A stretch of 64,000 nucleotides of DNA, from assembly GCA_043812915.1 (NCBI GenBank), contig JBDRLQ010000003.1:128047-192046 (forward strand). The letters run 5' to 3'. Under the pieces are notes generated by a model that saw nothing but the letters and a program-made list of their open reading frames with translations, was not told where the DNA came from and ran no database searches. The stretch is from Candidatus Micrarchaeota archaeon. Its GTDB lineage: Archaea > Micrarchaeota > Micrarchaeia > Anstonellales > Bilamarchaeaceae. Below are positions 48,160 through 58,464 of the stretch, piece after piece. A program made the translations under genes and the position numbers. Within the stretch, counting starts at the first letter, position 1; each line of letters begins with the position of its first letter.

Positions 48160-50205
48160 CTATCTCTCGCCGACTATCCTTACATGGCCGTGCTCTTTCT
48201 CGTAAATTTCCCCTTTTCGGAGAAGCTCGGTGATTATCCTTCTTGCGACTTTGTCGTCAAGATCATATTTGGCGGCATCCTGGATAATCTCCTCAATGTC
48301 CGCAGTGTCTTTCTGCCGCAGGTGCTCCCTTACGATTTCCATTATGGTGTCCGTGCGCTGCAGCTTCTCCCTCTCTGATCTGGGCTTTCCTGTGGCTACG
48401 ACATCCACATCGAACGCGCCCGTCTCTTTGTCCGTCATAATCTGCCGCATTACATAGTTGAACAGCTCTATTGCCACATTGGCGTCATTCTCATCGACCG
48501 AATGGCTCAGGCGAAGCTTCGCGTTGGCCTCAGCCAGCCTGACTAAGCCCTCAAGATAACGCGGGGTGATTGCGACAGAGCCGGCTTCCTTGCTCTTTCC
48601 CCTCAAATCAACGTAGAATTCCCTGATTTTCTCAGATGCCGGCATGGTGAGCTTCGGGAAGACGGTTCTCCTCGCGAACGATATATACTTCCTTAGAAGG
48701 TCCTTGTCAAGTTCCTCAATCTCAGACTTCTCCTCCTGGCCCATGTGCGTTGCCAGGATATGCTTTGCCAGTTTCGAGTCCCTTTCCTCATCAAGGACGT
48801 CTACAATCGGGAATATCAGGTCGAACCTGGAGAGCAGGGTCGGGGGCACATCGAATTGGTCAGCCAGATTCTTCGTCTGGTCGAACCTGCCATACTTGGG
48901 GTTGGCAGCAGCGAGGATTGCGGTTTTGGTCTTGAACTTGGCGACTATGCCTGCCTTGGCGACAGAGACGGTCTGCGTTTCCATCACTTCATGCAGGGCA
49001 GAGCGGTCCTCCTCCGGAATCTTGTCGAACTCGTCCACCTGCGCGCTTCCACCGCTCGCAAGCACAAGCGCTCCAGCCTTCAGGGTCCAGCCCCCTTCCC
49101 CGAGCTCATCCTTCTCAGCTGTAACTGTAAGTCCTGCTGAAGACACGCTTTTTCCGCTCACATATATGCTTTTTGGGGCGATTTCTGAAACGGAGTGCAG
49201 GAATCTCGATTTGGCAATGCCCGGGTCACCGATAAGCAGGATATGGATATCATCCCTGATTTTGGCGCCGCCCTTCATGGTCTTCCCTTTCGTCCCTCCG
49301 AAAAGCTGAAGCGCGATTGCGCGTTTCACTTCATCATGCCCGTAGATGAAGGATGCGATGGAATGCCGGATTATCTGGTCTATGTTCGGGTCCTTTGAAA
49401 GGTCGATAAGGCGCTGCTCATCCTCATTGGTGATTTCAATCTCCTCGAAATCCCGCTTCATGCTCTTTGCGCTGTTGACTTCGATGAACCTTCCATACAC
49501 CAGCTCCTGCTTCTGCTTCACCTTCAGTGGCGGCCTGAGCCTCAGCGTCCCTACGACCTCGATATTGTCCCCAGGAGAGACGGTGTTGACCATGTCGTCC
49601 TCAAGGTATAGCTCGATATGCGCAGCCGGAGCACCTCCGCGCACCCTCTCAAGCAATTCCTGCACCTCTGCCCTCTGGATATCAGTGAATGTGCTCTGCT
49701 CCTCATCCTGCTGCAGGCTCATCTTCTTGCAGCTGTCGCAGCGCTTTGGCGGAACGAAGTTTTTCCCGACAAACAGGCGGATTTCAGAGTCGCACAGCTG
49801 GCATTTGTACACCGCCACCTTCACCCTGTGCATCACCTCTGCCCGGCGCGTGATGACCCCCTTGAAATAGACCATCTCATTGATGCTCTTGGAGCCGATA
49901 TGCTCAATCATCGTCTCATTGGAGCACATATTGAAGAACCTGACATGCGGGGCGAACTTCTGCCCGGTCGGTATGATAAGGTTCATCTCCAGTATGGACT
50001 CCTTTGCGGCATCCAGGACAACGTCCGGGTCCTTTACCAGCTTATCCGCCAGCTCGGGGTCGAATTTCTCAAGGTCAAGATAGTCCACCTCGATGCTCCT
50101 GATGGTCGGATAATTGAGGAGCACCCTGTTGACCTTCTCCTTATATACTAAAGTGAAGAAATCATGGAACAGGGAGATTAGGGGTGACAGGTCTACTTTT
50201 TCCAT
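48160..50205 (-). CDS. mcm: Replicative helicase MCM
   Basis: The N-terminal OB/Zn domain contains CQLCDS..CDSC. The AAA+ core shows Walker A ILLIGDPGIAKS, Walker B DEFDK and the arginine finger SRFDLIF. A C-terminal winged helix is present. The start is set at ATG 50205 (MEKVDLSPL); the track extension to 50442 overlaps apgM and looks non-coding. Confidence 0.9.
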   Translation of the reverse strand: MEKVDLSPLISLFHDFFTLVYKEKVNRVLLNYPTIRSIEVDYLDLEKFDPELADKLVKDPDVVLDAAKESILEMNLIIPTGQKFAPHVRFFNMCSNETMIEHIGSKSINEMVYFKGVITRRAEVMHRVKVAVYKCQLCDSEIRLFVGKNFVPPKRCDSCKKMSLQQDEEQSTFTDIQRAEVQELLERVRGGAPAAHIELYLEDDMVNTVSPGDNIEVVGTLRLRPPLKVKQKQELVYGRFIEVNSAKSMKRDFEEIEITNEDEQRLIDLSKDPNIDQIIRHSIASFIYGHDEVKRAIALQLFGGTKGKTMKGGAKIRDDIHILLIGDPGIAKSRFLHSVSEIAPKSIYVSGKSVSSAGLTVTAEKDELGEGGWTLKAGALVLASGGSAQVDEFDKIPEEDRSALHEVMETQTVSVAKAGIVAKFKTKTAILAAANPKYGRFDQTKNLADQFDVPPTLLSRFDLIFPIVDVLDEERDSKLAKHILATHMGQEEKSEIEELDKDLLRKYISFARRTVFPKLTMPASEKIREFYVDLRGKSKEAGSVAITPRYLEGLVRLAEANAKLRLSHSVDENDANVAIELFNYVMRQIMTDKETGAFDVDVVATGKPRSEREKLQRTDTIMEIVREHLRQKDTADIEEIIQDAAKYDLDDKVARRIITELLRKGEIYEKEHGHVRIVGER

Positions 50206-50278
50206 ATGACCACGCGAATAATTAGTGGTATTACTAACGCCTAGCAAGTCTTTAATACTTTGTTTCGTATAGTGGGCT

Positions 50279-51484
50279 ATGAATAAGGTCATTCTTTTTA
50301 TCATAGACGGACTTGGGGACCTACCGACGCCAAAGACGCCTCTCCAGGCTGCAAAAACTCCAAATCTTGACAAGATTGCACACAAAGGAATAACCGGCCT
50401 GCTCGCTCCCTTGGGAAGGGGGGTCGTGCCTGGCAGCGACACCTCTCATCTTGAGCTTCTTGGATATGACCCGAGGCTCTTTTACTGCGGAAGGGGCCCC
50501 CTGGAAGCCCTTGGGATAGGGATGGAGCTGGAAGAGGGCGATGTCGCCTTCAGGGCCAACTTCGCCACTGTCAAAGACGGCAAGATTGTGGATAGGAGAG
50601 CCGGCAGGATTGACACCGCCTCGGCCTCAAAGCTCGCTGAGGGCCTTTCTATGGAGATCGAGGGCACCCGGGTGATGTTCCAGAACTCAGTTGAGCACCG
50701 CGGCGCTGTTGTACTCCGCGGAACAGGCATAAGCCACATGGTCAGCAGCACCGACGCCAAGCCGGGCTACCCGCCCGCGCTAAGCCATCCCTTTGACCAG
50801 TCCGGGGAATCCCAGAAGACCGCCAGGATAGTGAATACCTACATGCAGAAAGTCATGGAGAAGCTTGGCAAGTCCCCCGAGAATGAAAGCAGGGTGAAAA
50901 AGGGCCTTCCACCTGCCAACGCCCTGCTGCTTCGGGGCGCCGGCTCATTCGTTGAAGTGCCCACCTTCGAGGAGCGCTTTTCTGTAAAAGCCGCCTGTGT
51001 CGCGGGCGGAGCGCTATACCGCGGAGTGGCTAAATATCTGGGCATGGATGTCTTCATGCTAGCCGGGGATACGGGCGATAAGAACACCGACCTGAAAGCC
51101 AAGGCTATCGCGGTCGTAAAGGCCCTGGAGGACTATGACCTGCTTTTCGTGCACGTCAAGGGGTGCGACAACTACGGACATGACGGCGATTTCAAGGGCA
51201 AGACGGAAATGCTGGAGCGCATTGACCGGGATATGATATCCGCCCTCGCAAAAACCGGCGCGGACCTTGTTATTACCGGGGACCATTCCACGCCCTGCAT
51301 CAGGAAGGCTCACTCAGGCCACGAAGTCCCAATCCTGTTCTTCGGCGACAACGAGAGATATGATAATGTGAAGAAGTTCGATGAAATCAGCTGCATGGAT
51401 GGCGGCCTTGGGCATATTGAGGGAAAAGACGTAATGCCCATGATTCTGAACATGCTTGGAAAAGCGAGGAAATACGGGAGCTAG
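50279..51484 (+). CDS. apgM: 2,3-bisphosphoglycerate-independent phosphoglycerate mutase (archaeal ApgM type)
   Basis: 401 aa: ILFIIDGLGDLP, TPNLDKIA, FVHVKGCDNYGHDGD, TGDHSTP. Confidence 0.85.
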   Translation: MNKVILFIIDGLGDLPTPKTPLQAAKTPNLDKIAHKGITGLLAPLGRGVVPGSDTSHLELLGYDPRLFYCGRGPLEALGIGMELEEGDVAFRANFATVKDGKIVDRRAGRIDTASASKLAEGLSMEIEGTRVMFQNSVEHRGAVVLRGTGISHMVSSTDAKPGYPPALSHPFDQSGESQKTARIVNTYMQKVMEKLGKSPENESRVKKGLPPANALLLRGAGSFVEVPTFEERFSVKAACVAGGALYRGVAKYLGMDVFMLAGDTGDKNTDLKAKAIAVVKALEDYDLLFVHVKGCDNYGHDGDFKGKTEMLERIDRDMISALAKTGADLVITGDHSTPCIRKAHSGHEVPILFFGDNERYDNVKKFDEISCMDGGLGHIEGKDVMPMILNMLGKARKYGS

Positions 51485-52500
51485 GCCCTCTTGAGCCTTG
51501 CCAGGACTTCTGGCCTGGCCGTTTTACTCTTTCTTATTGTTTCATGCCTGGCTCTTAGCCTCCTTCTGGACTGGCAGATCTCGAGGTCGGTACAGTCCTG
51601 GTTGAATCCCTGGATTCTCAGCACAACTCCCTGCTCACGGAGCTTTCTTGTAAATACATGCGCCCAATGATTCCTTCGCGGGTCCTGGCTGGCCTCATAA
51701 AGTCCCTTTTCAAGCTTCCTGATGGTCCAGTCATCCGGATACCCGAAGAACCTCACTTCCTCCAGCCTGTCGAGGATGGCTGTGGCTTCTGACAATATGT
51801 CTTCCCTCTTGCAGCCCTCCACCATCGGCACGATCCAGTAGATGAGGTCGTTCCTGCGCTCATCAATAATCTGCGGGAGCAGTTTCCGTATCCACGGAAG
51901 CGCATTCCCATCAGCCATTGCCTTGCAGCAGACGATTGCCAGCTTCTCCAGGGTGCCGGGGCAGGTCATGCCCAGCTCCTTCCCCCCCAAAGAATGCAGG
52001 AGCTCCTCTGCCCGCTTCGATGAGAATGGGTCCCTCAATGCTGCGATGAGCGGAGCGATAATCGTGATTCCCCTATTCCCCGCAATCTCCACAAGCAGCC
52101 CGAAGGCGAATTCCGTCCTTCGCATATGCAGCGCTTTTTCATCTTCGTCCAGCCCACTCTTTCCTGCAGTGCCAGCAAGGCATGAAACGAGGGCGCCGGC
52201 AATCCCGTGCCTGGCCTTCAGGCTGGGCTTGAGGCTTTCCTGCTCTTCCAGGGAGAGGATAAGCCTCCTTAGTATCTCCTGCTTGCCCGGGTCTCCAGCA
52301 TTCTTGAAGTGCATCACGGCCTTGCGGACTATCAGGTGGTCGAGCTTTGACTCTGCAGCCATCCCAACCAATATCACGGCATTATCCGGATTGGTGCCAA
52401 GCGAATCGGCGAGCCTGAATATCTCCCTGCGGGCATCTGCTACCATTTCCACCAAACCTGTGTATGCAAATATCTTGGTGTGGAAATGTTTAAAAATCAT
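51481..52500 (-). CDS. Hypothetical helical-repeat protein
   Basis: 339 aa, predominantly helical with a basic C-terminal tail. I recognise no family. It lies downstream of the pilin gene on the same strand but after a T-rich terminator. The + ORF 51842..52522 is a Ser-rich shadow. Confidence 0.45.
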   Translation of the reverse strand: MIFKHFHTKIFAYTGLVEMVADARREIFRLADSLGTNPDNAVILVGMAAESKLDHLIVRKAVMHFKNAGDPGKQEILRRLILSLEEQESLKPSLKARHGIAGALVSCLAGTAGKSGLDEDEKALHMRRTEFAFGLLVEIAGNRGITIIAPLIAALRDPFSSKRAEELLHSLGGKELGMTCPGTLEKLAIVCCKAMADGNALPWIRKLLPQIIDERRNDLIYWIVPMVEGCKREDILSEATAILDRLEEVRFFGYPDDWTIRKLEKGLYEASQDPRRNHWAHVFTRKLREQGVVLRIQGFNQDCTDLEICQSRRRLRARHETIRKSKTARPEVLARLKRA

Positions 52501-52525
52501 GGATAGAACTGGACAAATGTGATTT

Positions 52526-52556
52526 TAGAAAAAGAGAAAATAAAAAGAAAAAAGGA
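52526..52556 (-). terminator. T-rich terminator (on the minus strand) after the pilin gene
   Basis: The plus strand reads agaaaaagagaaaataaaaagaaaaaaggaa, which is an oligo-T run on the coding strand directly after the pilin stop. Confidence 0.5.
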
Positions 52557-52561
52557 AACAA

Positions 52562-53125
52562 TCAGCTTGTTTCCTCAAGCACGTTCCCTGTGAGCTTCGC
52601 GGTAGCCTTCCTTGCGGGCGCGTCTGGCACCTCATCATGGAAGTTGTACCACACCACCAGGAATCCATTGAAGTTTGAATTCGGGGTGAGTTCTACCTGG
52701 TTCCCTTCAGCATCAATGCAGGGCAGCCTATTCGGACTTCCTATAAGGAGGCTTCCGCCTGACCCAATGGTTCCGTCTGCGTCTGCCGGCAAATTAGCGG
52801 AATCAATCGCATACTCGTCATCCAACCGTATGTCTCCTGCAGGCGCGGTCGTGCAAAGAACGTGCGAAACCGTTATCTGCTGGCCCTGGTAGTTGTTCAG
52901 CTGGAACGTCACATGGACGTTGTCCGAGGCATCAGCCACGATGACCGGCTTTCGGTCCTGGCAGCTGAACCCAGATTCCTGGAACAGGCAGCTCTCTGGA
53001 GCCCTTAGGAACTGTGGAAGGAATCCCACCAGTATCACGAGAACAATGACAATGACGAGGATGGCCCAGCCATAGGTCATCAGGTATTCCATAGCGGCCT
53101 GCCCTTTCTTTTTCTTATCAAACAT
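52562..53125 (-). CDS. Archaeal type IV pilin-like protein (class III signal peptide)
   Basis: The N-terminus MFDKKKKGQAAMEYLMTYGWAILVIVIVLVILVGFL has the KG/Q-x-x-x-E-Y-L prepilin motif followed by a hydrophobic helix. The rest is a beta-rich globular domain with Cys pairs. Confidence 0.7.
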   Translation of the reverse strand: MFDKKKKGQAAMEYLMTYGWAILVIVIVLVILVGFLPQFLRAPESCLFQESGFSCQDRKPVIVADASDNVHVTFQLNNYQGQQITVSHVLCTTAPAGDIRLDDEYAIDSANLPADADGTIGSGGSLLIGSPNRLPCIDAEGNQVELTPNSNFNGFLVVWYNFHDEVPDAPARKATAKLTGNVLEETS

Positions 53126-53136
53126 AGCATTTCACC

Positions 53137-54216
53137 TTACATAAACATCGAGAAGAACGATGTGAGCACGTTATCTGTGAACCAGTAAATCAGGTACGAG
53201 GCCACCAGGAGGAACGGGAAGTATTTCAGCCCCTGGCTCTTGGTGCCGGTCCTAATCACGCTGATGATGAATGAAGAAATCAGCGCCGTCACGAACATCG
53301 TCGGAAGCGCAAAATACAGGAAATCCGCCGAAGTGATTATCGGCCCTGAGAGCGTGAATGTGGATGCCGCCCCGAATGCCCCTCCGCCTACGTTCGAGCT
53401 GGATGGAAGATGCGGGGAGATATTCTCGAACACCTGGATTAGCTTGGTGGCTACCGCGAACAGGAACGGGGTTCCGATTGCGGATGCGAAAAGCACGAAA
53501 ATCTCGTACATGATGAGCGAGGCCGCAATCTCCTTCTTCATAATGATGGTGTTGCGCACGTCATCGGCGGTCCTTTCAAGCACTTCAGTGAGTTCGCCTC
53601 CGGTCGCGGTGGCCTGCTTCAGGAGCAGGATTGTCCTGTTGAACACCTTGGAATCGAACCTCTTTGCCAGTTTGTCGAGGGAAATCTCCAGAGATTCACC
53701 GCTGAACGAGCCCTTGATGACATGCCTCACGTCTTCTGAGAGCAGCCCGAATTCAGGCTTCGCGGAATACCACATCGCCTGGTCAAGCGTCATCCCTGCC
53801 TTTATGTTGGAAGCGACAAGGGTTAGGAAATCTGGCAGGGACTCTTCCAGCACGTTCCTCCTGTTCTCCGCCTTCATGATAAGGTATGTGGACATCAGCA
53901 CCATGGTAGCCAGATAGACGATTATAAGCATCACAATCAGGAGCAGCAGGGCGATGATCACAACTGGCAGCTCGAAAGGCAGTGCGCCATTCATAAGAGA
54001 AACAAGGGTCTGCCTCACAGGCTCGAAAGCCATTAGGATAAGGGTGATGAAGAATGCCACGACCAGGATGTTTATCGCGGCGTATCCTGCGAATGCCTCT
54101 GCGGGCAAATCAACGCCCGCAGTGCTCAGTTCCTTTTCCAGGCGCCTGACGCGGTTCCTGCTGAAGAAGAACCTTCCGGCATATTCAAAGAGCGATTCGT
54201 TGACCATTGTAATCAC
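53137..54216 (-). CDS. Type II secretion system F-domain platform protein (TadC/EpdK-like, single domain)
   Basis: 359 aa. The T2SSF-like cytoplasmic helical domain reads LPDFLTLVASNIKAGMTLDQAMWYSA...LLKQATATGGELTEVLERTADDV, flanked by TM segments. Confidence 0.7.
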   Translation of the reverse strand: MITMVNESLFEYAGRFFFSRNRVRRLEKELSTAGVDLPAEAFAGYAAINILVVAFFITLILMAFEPVRQTLVSLMNGALPFELPVVIIALLLLIVMLIIVYLATMVLMSTYLIMKAENRRNVLEESLPDFLTLVASNIKAGMTLDQAMWYSAKPEFGLLSEDVRHVIKGSFSGESLEISLDKLAKRFDSKVFNRTILLLKQATATGGELTEVLERTADDVRNTIIMKKEIAASLIMYEIFVLFASAIGTPFLFAVATKLIQVFENISPHLPSSSNVGGGAFGAASTFTLSGPIITSADFLYFALPTMFVTALISSFIISVIRTGTKSQGLKYFPFLLVASYLIYWFTDNVLTSFFSMFM

Positions 54217-55071
54217 CTATATGAGGTATCTGGGCCTGGAGCTTTCCATAACCCCAAGGAACAGGAACTGCACTATGGCAATCAGGAAGAACGTCGGAAC
54301 GAGTATCACTGATGTGAGGCCCAGCTCCCCGCCGCTGATTGCGGAGAATACCACCGTCGCGAGCACCACGCCCAATGAGGGCACGATGATGCCAAAGACC
54401 ATGTAGAACATCACAATCGGGGTTAGCTTCTGGCTGTATTCCTTGAGCTGAATCATCTGCTCCTTTGATATCTGGTTGAGAACCGACTCCAGTGCCTCGC
54501 CGACATCAGCGCCGCTCGCCAGGGAGTTGGCTATCTGCATCAGAATCCTCACAAAGTATGGAGAGGGATTCTCGTGGGCCACTTCCCGGATGGCCTGGGT
54601 GGTCGGGACACCGACAATCACCTTATCCACAATCTTCACGAACTCCTTGCTGACCGCCCCGTAGCCGCTTGAGGCACCTACGAACGTGTCGAAGAGTGGC
54701 ATGCCGGACTGCAGCGCAATCACGATGTGTCTGCATGCGAATACAATCTCATAATTAAGCTCCTTCCTTCTCTTGATTATGGCTGCTTCAGGATAGAGCA
54801 TGAAATAGCCGAAGACTGCCAGCGGGAAGACGAATGCGAGAAGGACAATCCATAAGAGGCTTATGCCATTGGTGAACATGAAAAGCGCTGAGACAAGCAG
54901 CAGCGAAAGGCTGATGAACACTGTTGATGTCACGGCCTTGAGCAGGAAGGTTATAGGCTGCTCTTTGGAATCAGCCATCCGGAGCTTCTTTCTCAGATCC
55001 GGGAACCGTGGGGCAATCGTCTCGGCTATCGAGAGGAAAACTCCCCTTTTTCTTGAAGTCGTATCGGCCAT
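54217..55071 (-). CDS. Type II secretion system F-domain platform protein (TadB/EpdJ-like, single domain)
   Basis: 284 aa: ACRHIVIALQSGMPLFDTFVGASSGYGAVSKEFVKIVDKVIVGVPTTQAIREVA...MQIANSLASGADVGEALESV, flanked by TM segments. The stop and start abut the next gene. Confidence 0.7.
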   Translation of the reverse strand: MADTTSRKRGVFLSIAETIAPRFPDLRKKLRMADSKEQPITFLLKAVTSTVFISLSLLLVSALFMFTNGISLLWIVLLAFVFPLAVFGYFMLYPEAAIIKRRKELNYEIVFACRHIVIALQSGMPLFDTFVGASSGYGAVSKEFVKIVDKVIVGVPTTQAIREVAHENPSPYFVRILMQIANSLASGADVGEALESVLNQISKEQMIQLKEYSQKLTPIVMFYMVFGIIVPSLGVVLATVVFSAISGGELGLTSVILVPTFFLIAIVQFLFLGVMESSRPRYLI

Positions 55072-55072
55072 T

Positions 55073-56713
55073 TTACCCCTCTGATTCGCTGAAATACTTC
55101 CTAATCATATCATCACTTAAACCCTTCTCCTTCGCCATGAGCGCCTTGGCTTTAAGGAGCGCTTCTGCCTTCCCGACATTCCTGCGCTCGTACTTCTTGT
55201 AGTAGTCCCTGTCCTTCGAGTGGAGGTAGAAGAGCAGCGTGCCCTCGTCCATCTCGTTTATCTCAAATATCCTGTCCTGGTCCTGCGTGGCTTTATCCTC
55301 CTTTTTGGGTTTCGTCTCAATCTCCTCTTCCTTTTTCTCATCTTTCTCGACGAAAACCTCGCGGCCCGCGGCCTCTATGACATTATCTATTTCCTTAGTG
55401 ACTATGTTCCTGATTGAGGAAAGCTCTTCAGGATATGAGCTTTCAATCTCATTCATCCTCTTCCCCGCCGTGGATGCGGTCTTGGTGTCCTTCGTGCCAA
55501 GGCTCTCCTGGAGCCTCTTCAGCTCGGCCATGTGCTTCTTCATCAGGAAGTCCTCATACTTCTCGACGATATTCGGAATCTGCTCTGACAATGAAGTGAG
55601 CGTGAACACGAGGGCCTCGTACCTCTCCTTCTTCTCCTTCTCATCGCTAAGCCCCTTCATGCTCTCATAGAATCTGGCCTTGGCGGTATTGAGCTGTTCC
55701 CTGAACGGCCCAGTAATCTTGTCCTTTGTGGAGGCTATCTCGGATTCCTGGCTCTTCACGAGCGAGTCAAGGACCTGCGCATTGGCCATGGTGTCCGTGA
55801 CCTTCTTGCCCTTGGCGGCTGTGCCTTTTACCGCCTTCCCTCCGAGCATGTTCTTGAGTATCGCAATCTCTGCCTTGATCTCTTCCCTGCGGTTGACGCT
55901 CTTCTCCTTGAATAGCTGCTTTGTCAGCTCGAGCATCTTCTTCTTGAGCTCGGTCTCATTGACATTCTCGCCCAGGGCCCCCTTTACAGTGCCTTCAATC
56001 TCCTCGAACTTCCTGCTCGCAGCCTCATCCGGGTCTTCCTGGAGGATTGGGGGTATGGCGATGACCATCTTCTTCTCGATCTTCTGTTCTGCCCTGGGCT
56101 CTGCCGCCTCCGGCTTCTTTGGCTCCTCCTCTTTTTCCGGAGTCTCCAATTCGATTTCCGGGTGCTCCTTCCTCTCAAGGGTCTCGAATTCTATGGCCTC
56201 GGGCCCCTCTTCTTCGGCCGCCATCCCCTCTTTTGGTTTTTTGCCAGCCCTCTCCCTTTCTTCAGCAGGAATGGTTTCGAATTCGATTCCCTGCGATTTG
56301 GGTCTCTCAACTTCGGGCGGCCGGGCAGCCTCGGGCTTTCCTTCCGCGGCATTCTTCTGGTCCTTGCGCATCTCGACGCCGATTTTCTCAGCCATCTCAA
56401 CGCTTTCAGTGCTCATCTCCTTGAGCCTGCTCTCCACCTCCTCGCTCTTTTCAGTTTCGTTGGCGGCTGGAATGGGCGTTTTCTCGGCTGCCATCGCCTC
56501 CGCGCCATAGATGTCGAGCTTCGCGGCGCTCCTGATCTTCTCCGTCCTCTCAAAAAGGTTGAGCAGGTCCCGGTAATTCATGTCAATATATTCCTGCGGC
56601 GACAAATCTACCGCCATCTCCACGCGCACGTCTCCTGTGTATGGCTTGTACTCAAGAGCCTTTTTCTCAAGCTTCTTGGCATCATCCTGAACATCGTGGA
56701 AATTGTCATCCAT
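55073..56713 (-). CDS. Hypothetical Glu/Lys-rich protein embedded in the pilus operon
   Basis: 546 aa with no TM segment. It contains three copies of an IEFET/IELET motif, long charged helical stretches and a short globular C-terminus (LLFYLHSKDRDYYKKYERRNVGKAEALLKAKALMAKEKGLSDDMIRKYF). It is tightly packed between the ATPase and platform genes. Confidence 0.55.
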   Translation of the reverse strand: MDDNFHDVQDDAKKLEKKALEYKPYTGDVRVEMAVDLSPQEYIDMNYRDLLNLFERTEKIRSAAKLDIYGAEAMAAEKTPIPAANETEKSEEVESRLKEMSTESVEMAEKIGVEMRKDQKNAAEGKPEAARPPEVERPKSQGIEFETIPAEERERAGKKPKEGMAAEEEGPEAIEFETLERKEHPEIELETPEKEEEPKKPEAAEPRAEQKIEKKMVIAIPPILQEDPDEAASRKFEEIEGTVKGALGENVNETELKKKMLELTKQLFKEKSVNRREEIKAEIAILKNMLGGKAVKGTAAKGKKVTDTMANAQVLDSLVKSQESEIASTKDKITGPFREQLNTAKARFYESMKGLSDEKEKKERYEALVFTLTSLSEQIPNIVEKYEDFLMKKHMAELKRLQESLGTKDTKTASTAGKRMNEIESSYPEELSSIRNIVTKEIDNVIEAAGREVFVEKDEKKEEEIETKPKKEDKATQDQDRIFEINEMDEGTLLFYLHSKDRDYYKKYERRNVGKAEALLKAKALMAKEKGLSDDMIRKYFSESEG

Positions 56714-56729
56714 GCTCGCGCACCCTCAA

Positions 56730-58376
56730 TTATCTTTTGAACTGCCAGCGGGCGTTCTTCTTCACCGCATCAAGAACGAATGCCGGGTCCAGGTAATAAT
56801 GGGCTACGATCTCACCCACTTCATCAACGTCCTCGTAGTCGTTCTTGACCATCCAGTTCAGCACGCTGATTTTCTCATCGACATCGTCTTCGATTTCCTT
56901 CTCGTCCATTCCCGCGTACAGCGAAAGCAGCTCCACAAGCCGCTCCATCTTCCCGACCCCCTTGACCCGGTCGTTCTTGACGTCCCAGCGGTAGAGCGTA
57001 TTCTCAGTGCCCTTCTTGGTGACCTCTGCGAATTCAAGCACCCTCCTGATATTGAATCTCCTGTGCCTGAAGGTGACCACGATTCCGGCAAGCGCATCAA
57101 GCATCTCCTTGGGCACATTCACCGGCGGGTTCGTAAGCCTTGAGATTGTCTGCTCGGCATTGTCCGCGTGCAATGTCGCGTAAACAGAGTGGCCAGTGTG
57201 CATGGCCTCGAACATCACTTCAGCTTCCCTCTGCCTCCTGATTTCTCCGACCAGTATGCGGTCAGGCCTCTGACGCAGGGCGTTCACCATCAAGTCAAGC
57301 ATTGTGACCTCGCCCTTCCCCTCAGGGTTCGGCTCCCTGACCACCATCGGCACCCATTGGAGGAACGAGGGCAGTGTCAGCTCCCGTGTATCCTCGATGC
57401 TGATAATCCTCTGGTTGGCCGGGATAAGCCCCGCCATCGCGTTCAGGAAAGACGTCTTACCTGAACCTGTGCCTCCGGAAACAAGCAGTGAGAGCTCGTT
57501 CTGGATGCAGAGCCATACTATTGCCGCAACTTCAGGGGAAATCGTCTTGGACTTCAGGAAATTGGTAATGGTCCAGGGGTTTCTGGAGAACTTCCTGATT
57601 GTTAGCGTGTTTCCGAAGTTTGAAATCGGGAACAGGGTCGCGTTCACACGGTCCCCGTTCGGAAGGTGGGCGTCCATCATCGGGTTGAGGACGTTTATCT
57701 GCCTTCCGATTTTCCTGGCAATCATGCTCGAATAATCATATACCATATTCTCGTTCTTGATGTGCAGGTTTGTCTTGCACCATCCGAATGTCTTGTGGTA
57801 AACCCAGACAGGTTCGTTCGCGTTGTTGACAGCGACTTCTTCCAGGTAGTCGTCCGAGAGGAGCGCTTCAATCTCGCCTAGGCCCAGGGTGTGCTGGATG
57901 AGGTAGACTGCAAGAATCTCTTTCTTGTCGGGTGGCAGTGACGGGAAGCTCCTCTGCAGTATGTTGTTCGCAGAAAGCAGGAACTTCGCCTTCACTTCCT
58001 CGTATTTCTTCGGATCGAGTATTTCGCTGATGTCCAGTTTGACATCTGTTACCAACTCTCCCTTGAGCTTAGTCTCAAGGATGAGCTTGGTCCCCTCAGC
58101 GATGCCTGGGATGGTGACTTCGTATTTCGGGACGAAATCCCGGCCACGGATAATCCTGATTTCTACCGGAAGGCCCTCGCTGTTGTATGAGTATGCTGCA
58201 AGGAGTGCGGACTTTGCCCTCGGGACTTCTGCGGGCGGGGGTGCTGCCGGGGCCTTTATGGGGGGCGGCGCTCCAGCGCCTTCAGCCTCGGATTCCTTCT
58301 TTTCCGAGACCCTCTTCATCTCCTCGGCCTTCAATTTCTCCTTTATCTTTTCTTTAATGTTATCTCCCTTCGGCAT
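56730..58376 (-). CDS. Type II/IV secretion system ATPase (FlaI/ArlI / TadA / EpdL-like pilus assembly ATPase)
   Basis: Walker A is LVSGGTGSGKTSFLNAM (codons at about 57453-57476). Also present are Walker B/Asp box LVGEIR and the His box HTGHSVYATLHA. The N-terminus is Lys/Pro/Ala-rich. The track starts at GTG 58388; ATG 58376, preceded by GGTGAT, is more likely. Confidence 0.85.
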   Translation of the reverse strand: MPKGDNIKEKIKEKLKAEEMKRVSEKKESEAEGAGAPPPIKAPAAPPPAEVPRAKSALLAAYSYNSEGLPVEIRIIRGRDFVPKYEVTIPGIAEGTKLILETKLKGELVTDVKLDISEILDPKKYEEVKAKFLLSANNILQRSFPSLPPDKKEILAVYLIQHTLGLGEIEALLSDDYLEEVAVNNANEPVWVYHKTFGWCKTNLHIKNENMVYDYSSMIARKIGRQINVLNPMMDAHLPNGDRVNATLFPISNFGNTLTIRKFSRNPWTITNFLKSKTISPEVAAIVWLCIQNELSLLVSGGTGSGKTSFLNAMAGLIPANQRIISIEDTRELTLPSFLQWVPMVVREPNPEGKGEVTMLDLMVNALRQRPDRILVGEIRRQREAEVMFEAMHTGHSVYATLHADNAEQTISRLTNPPVNVPKEMLDALAGIVVTFRHRRFNIRRVLEFAEVTKKGTENTLYRWDVKNDRVKGVGKMERLVELLSLYAGMDEKEIEDDVDEKISVLNWMVKNDYEDVDEVGEIVAHYYLDPAFVLDAVKKNARWQFKR

Positions 58377-58464
58377 TTCAATCACCACGAGGAACCTCTT
58401 TCATAAGGCGGTTCCTACGGTTTCTCCACCTTGGGTGGATGCTCATCATGAATTGGTTCGTGAA

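Noticed and set aside
50206-50442. A 79-codon N-terminal extension of the MCM ORF in the track.
   Set aside because: It overlaps the divergent apgM start and has implausible composition. The conserved MCM N-terminus begins at MEKVDLSPL (ATG 50205).
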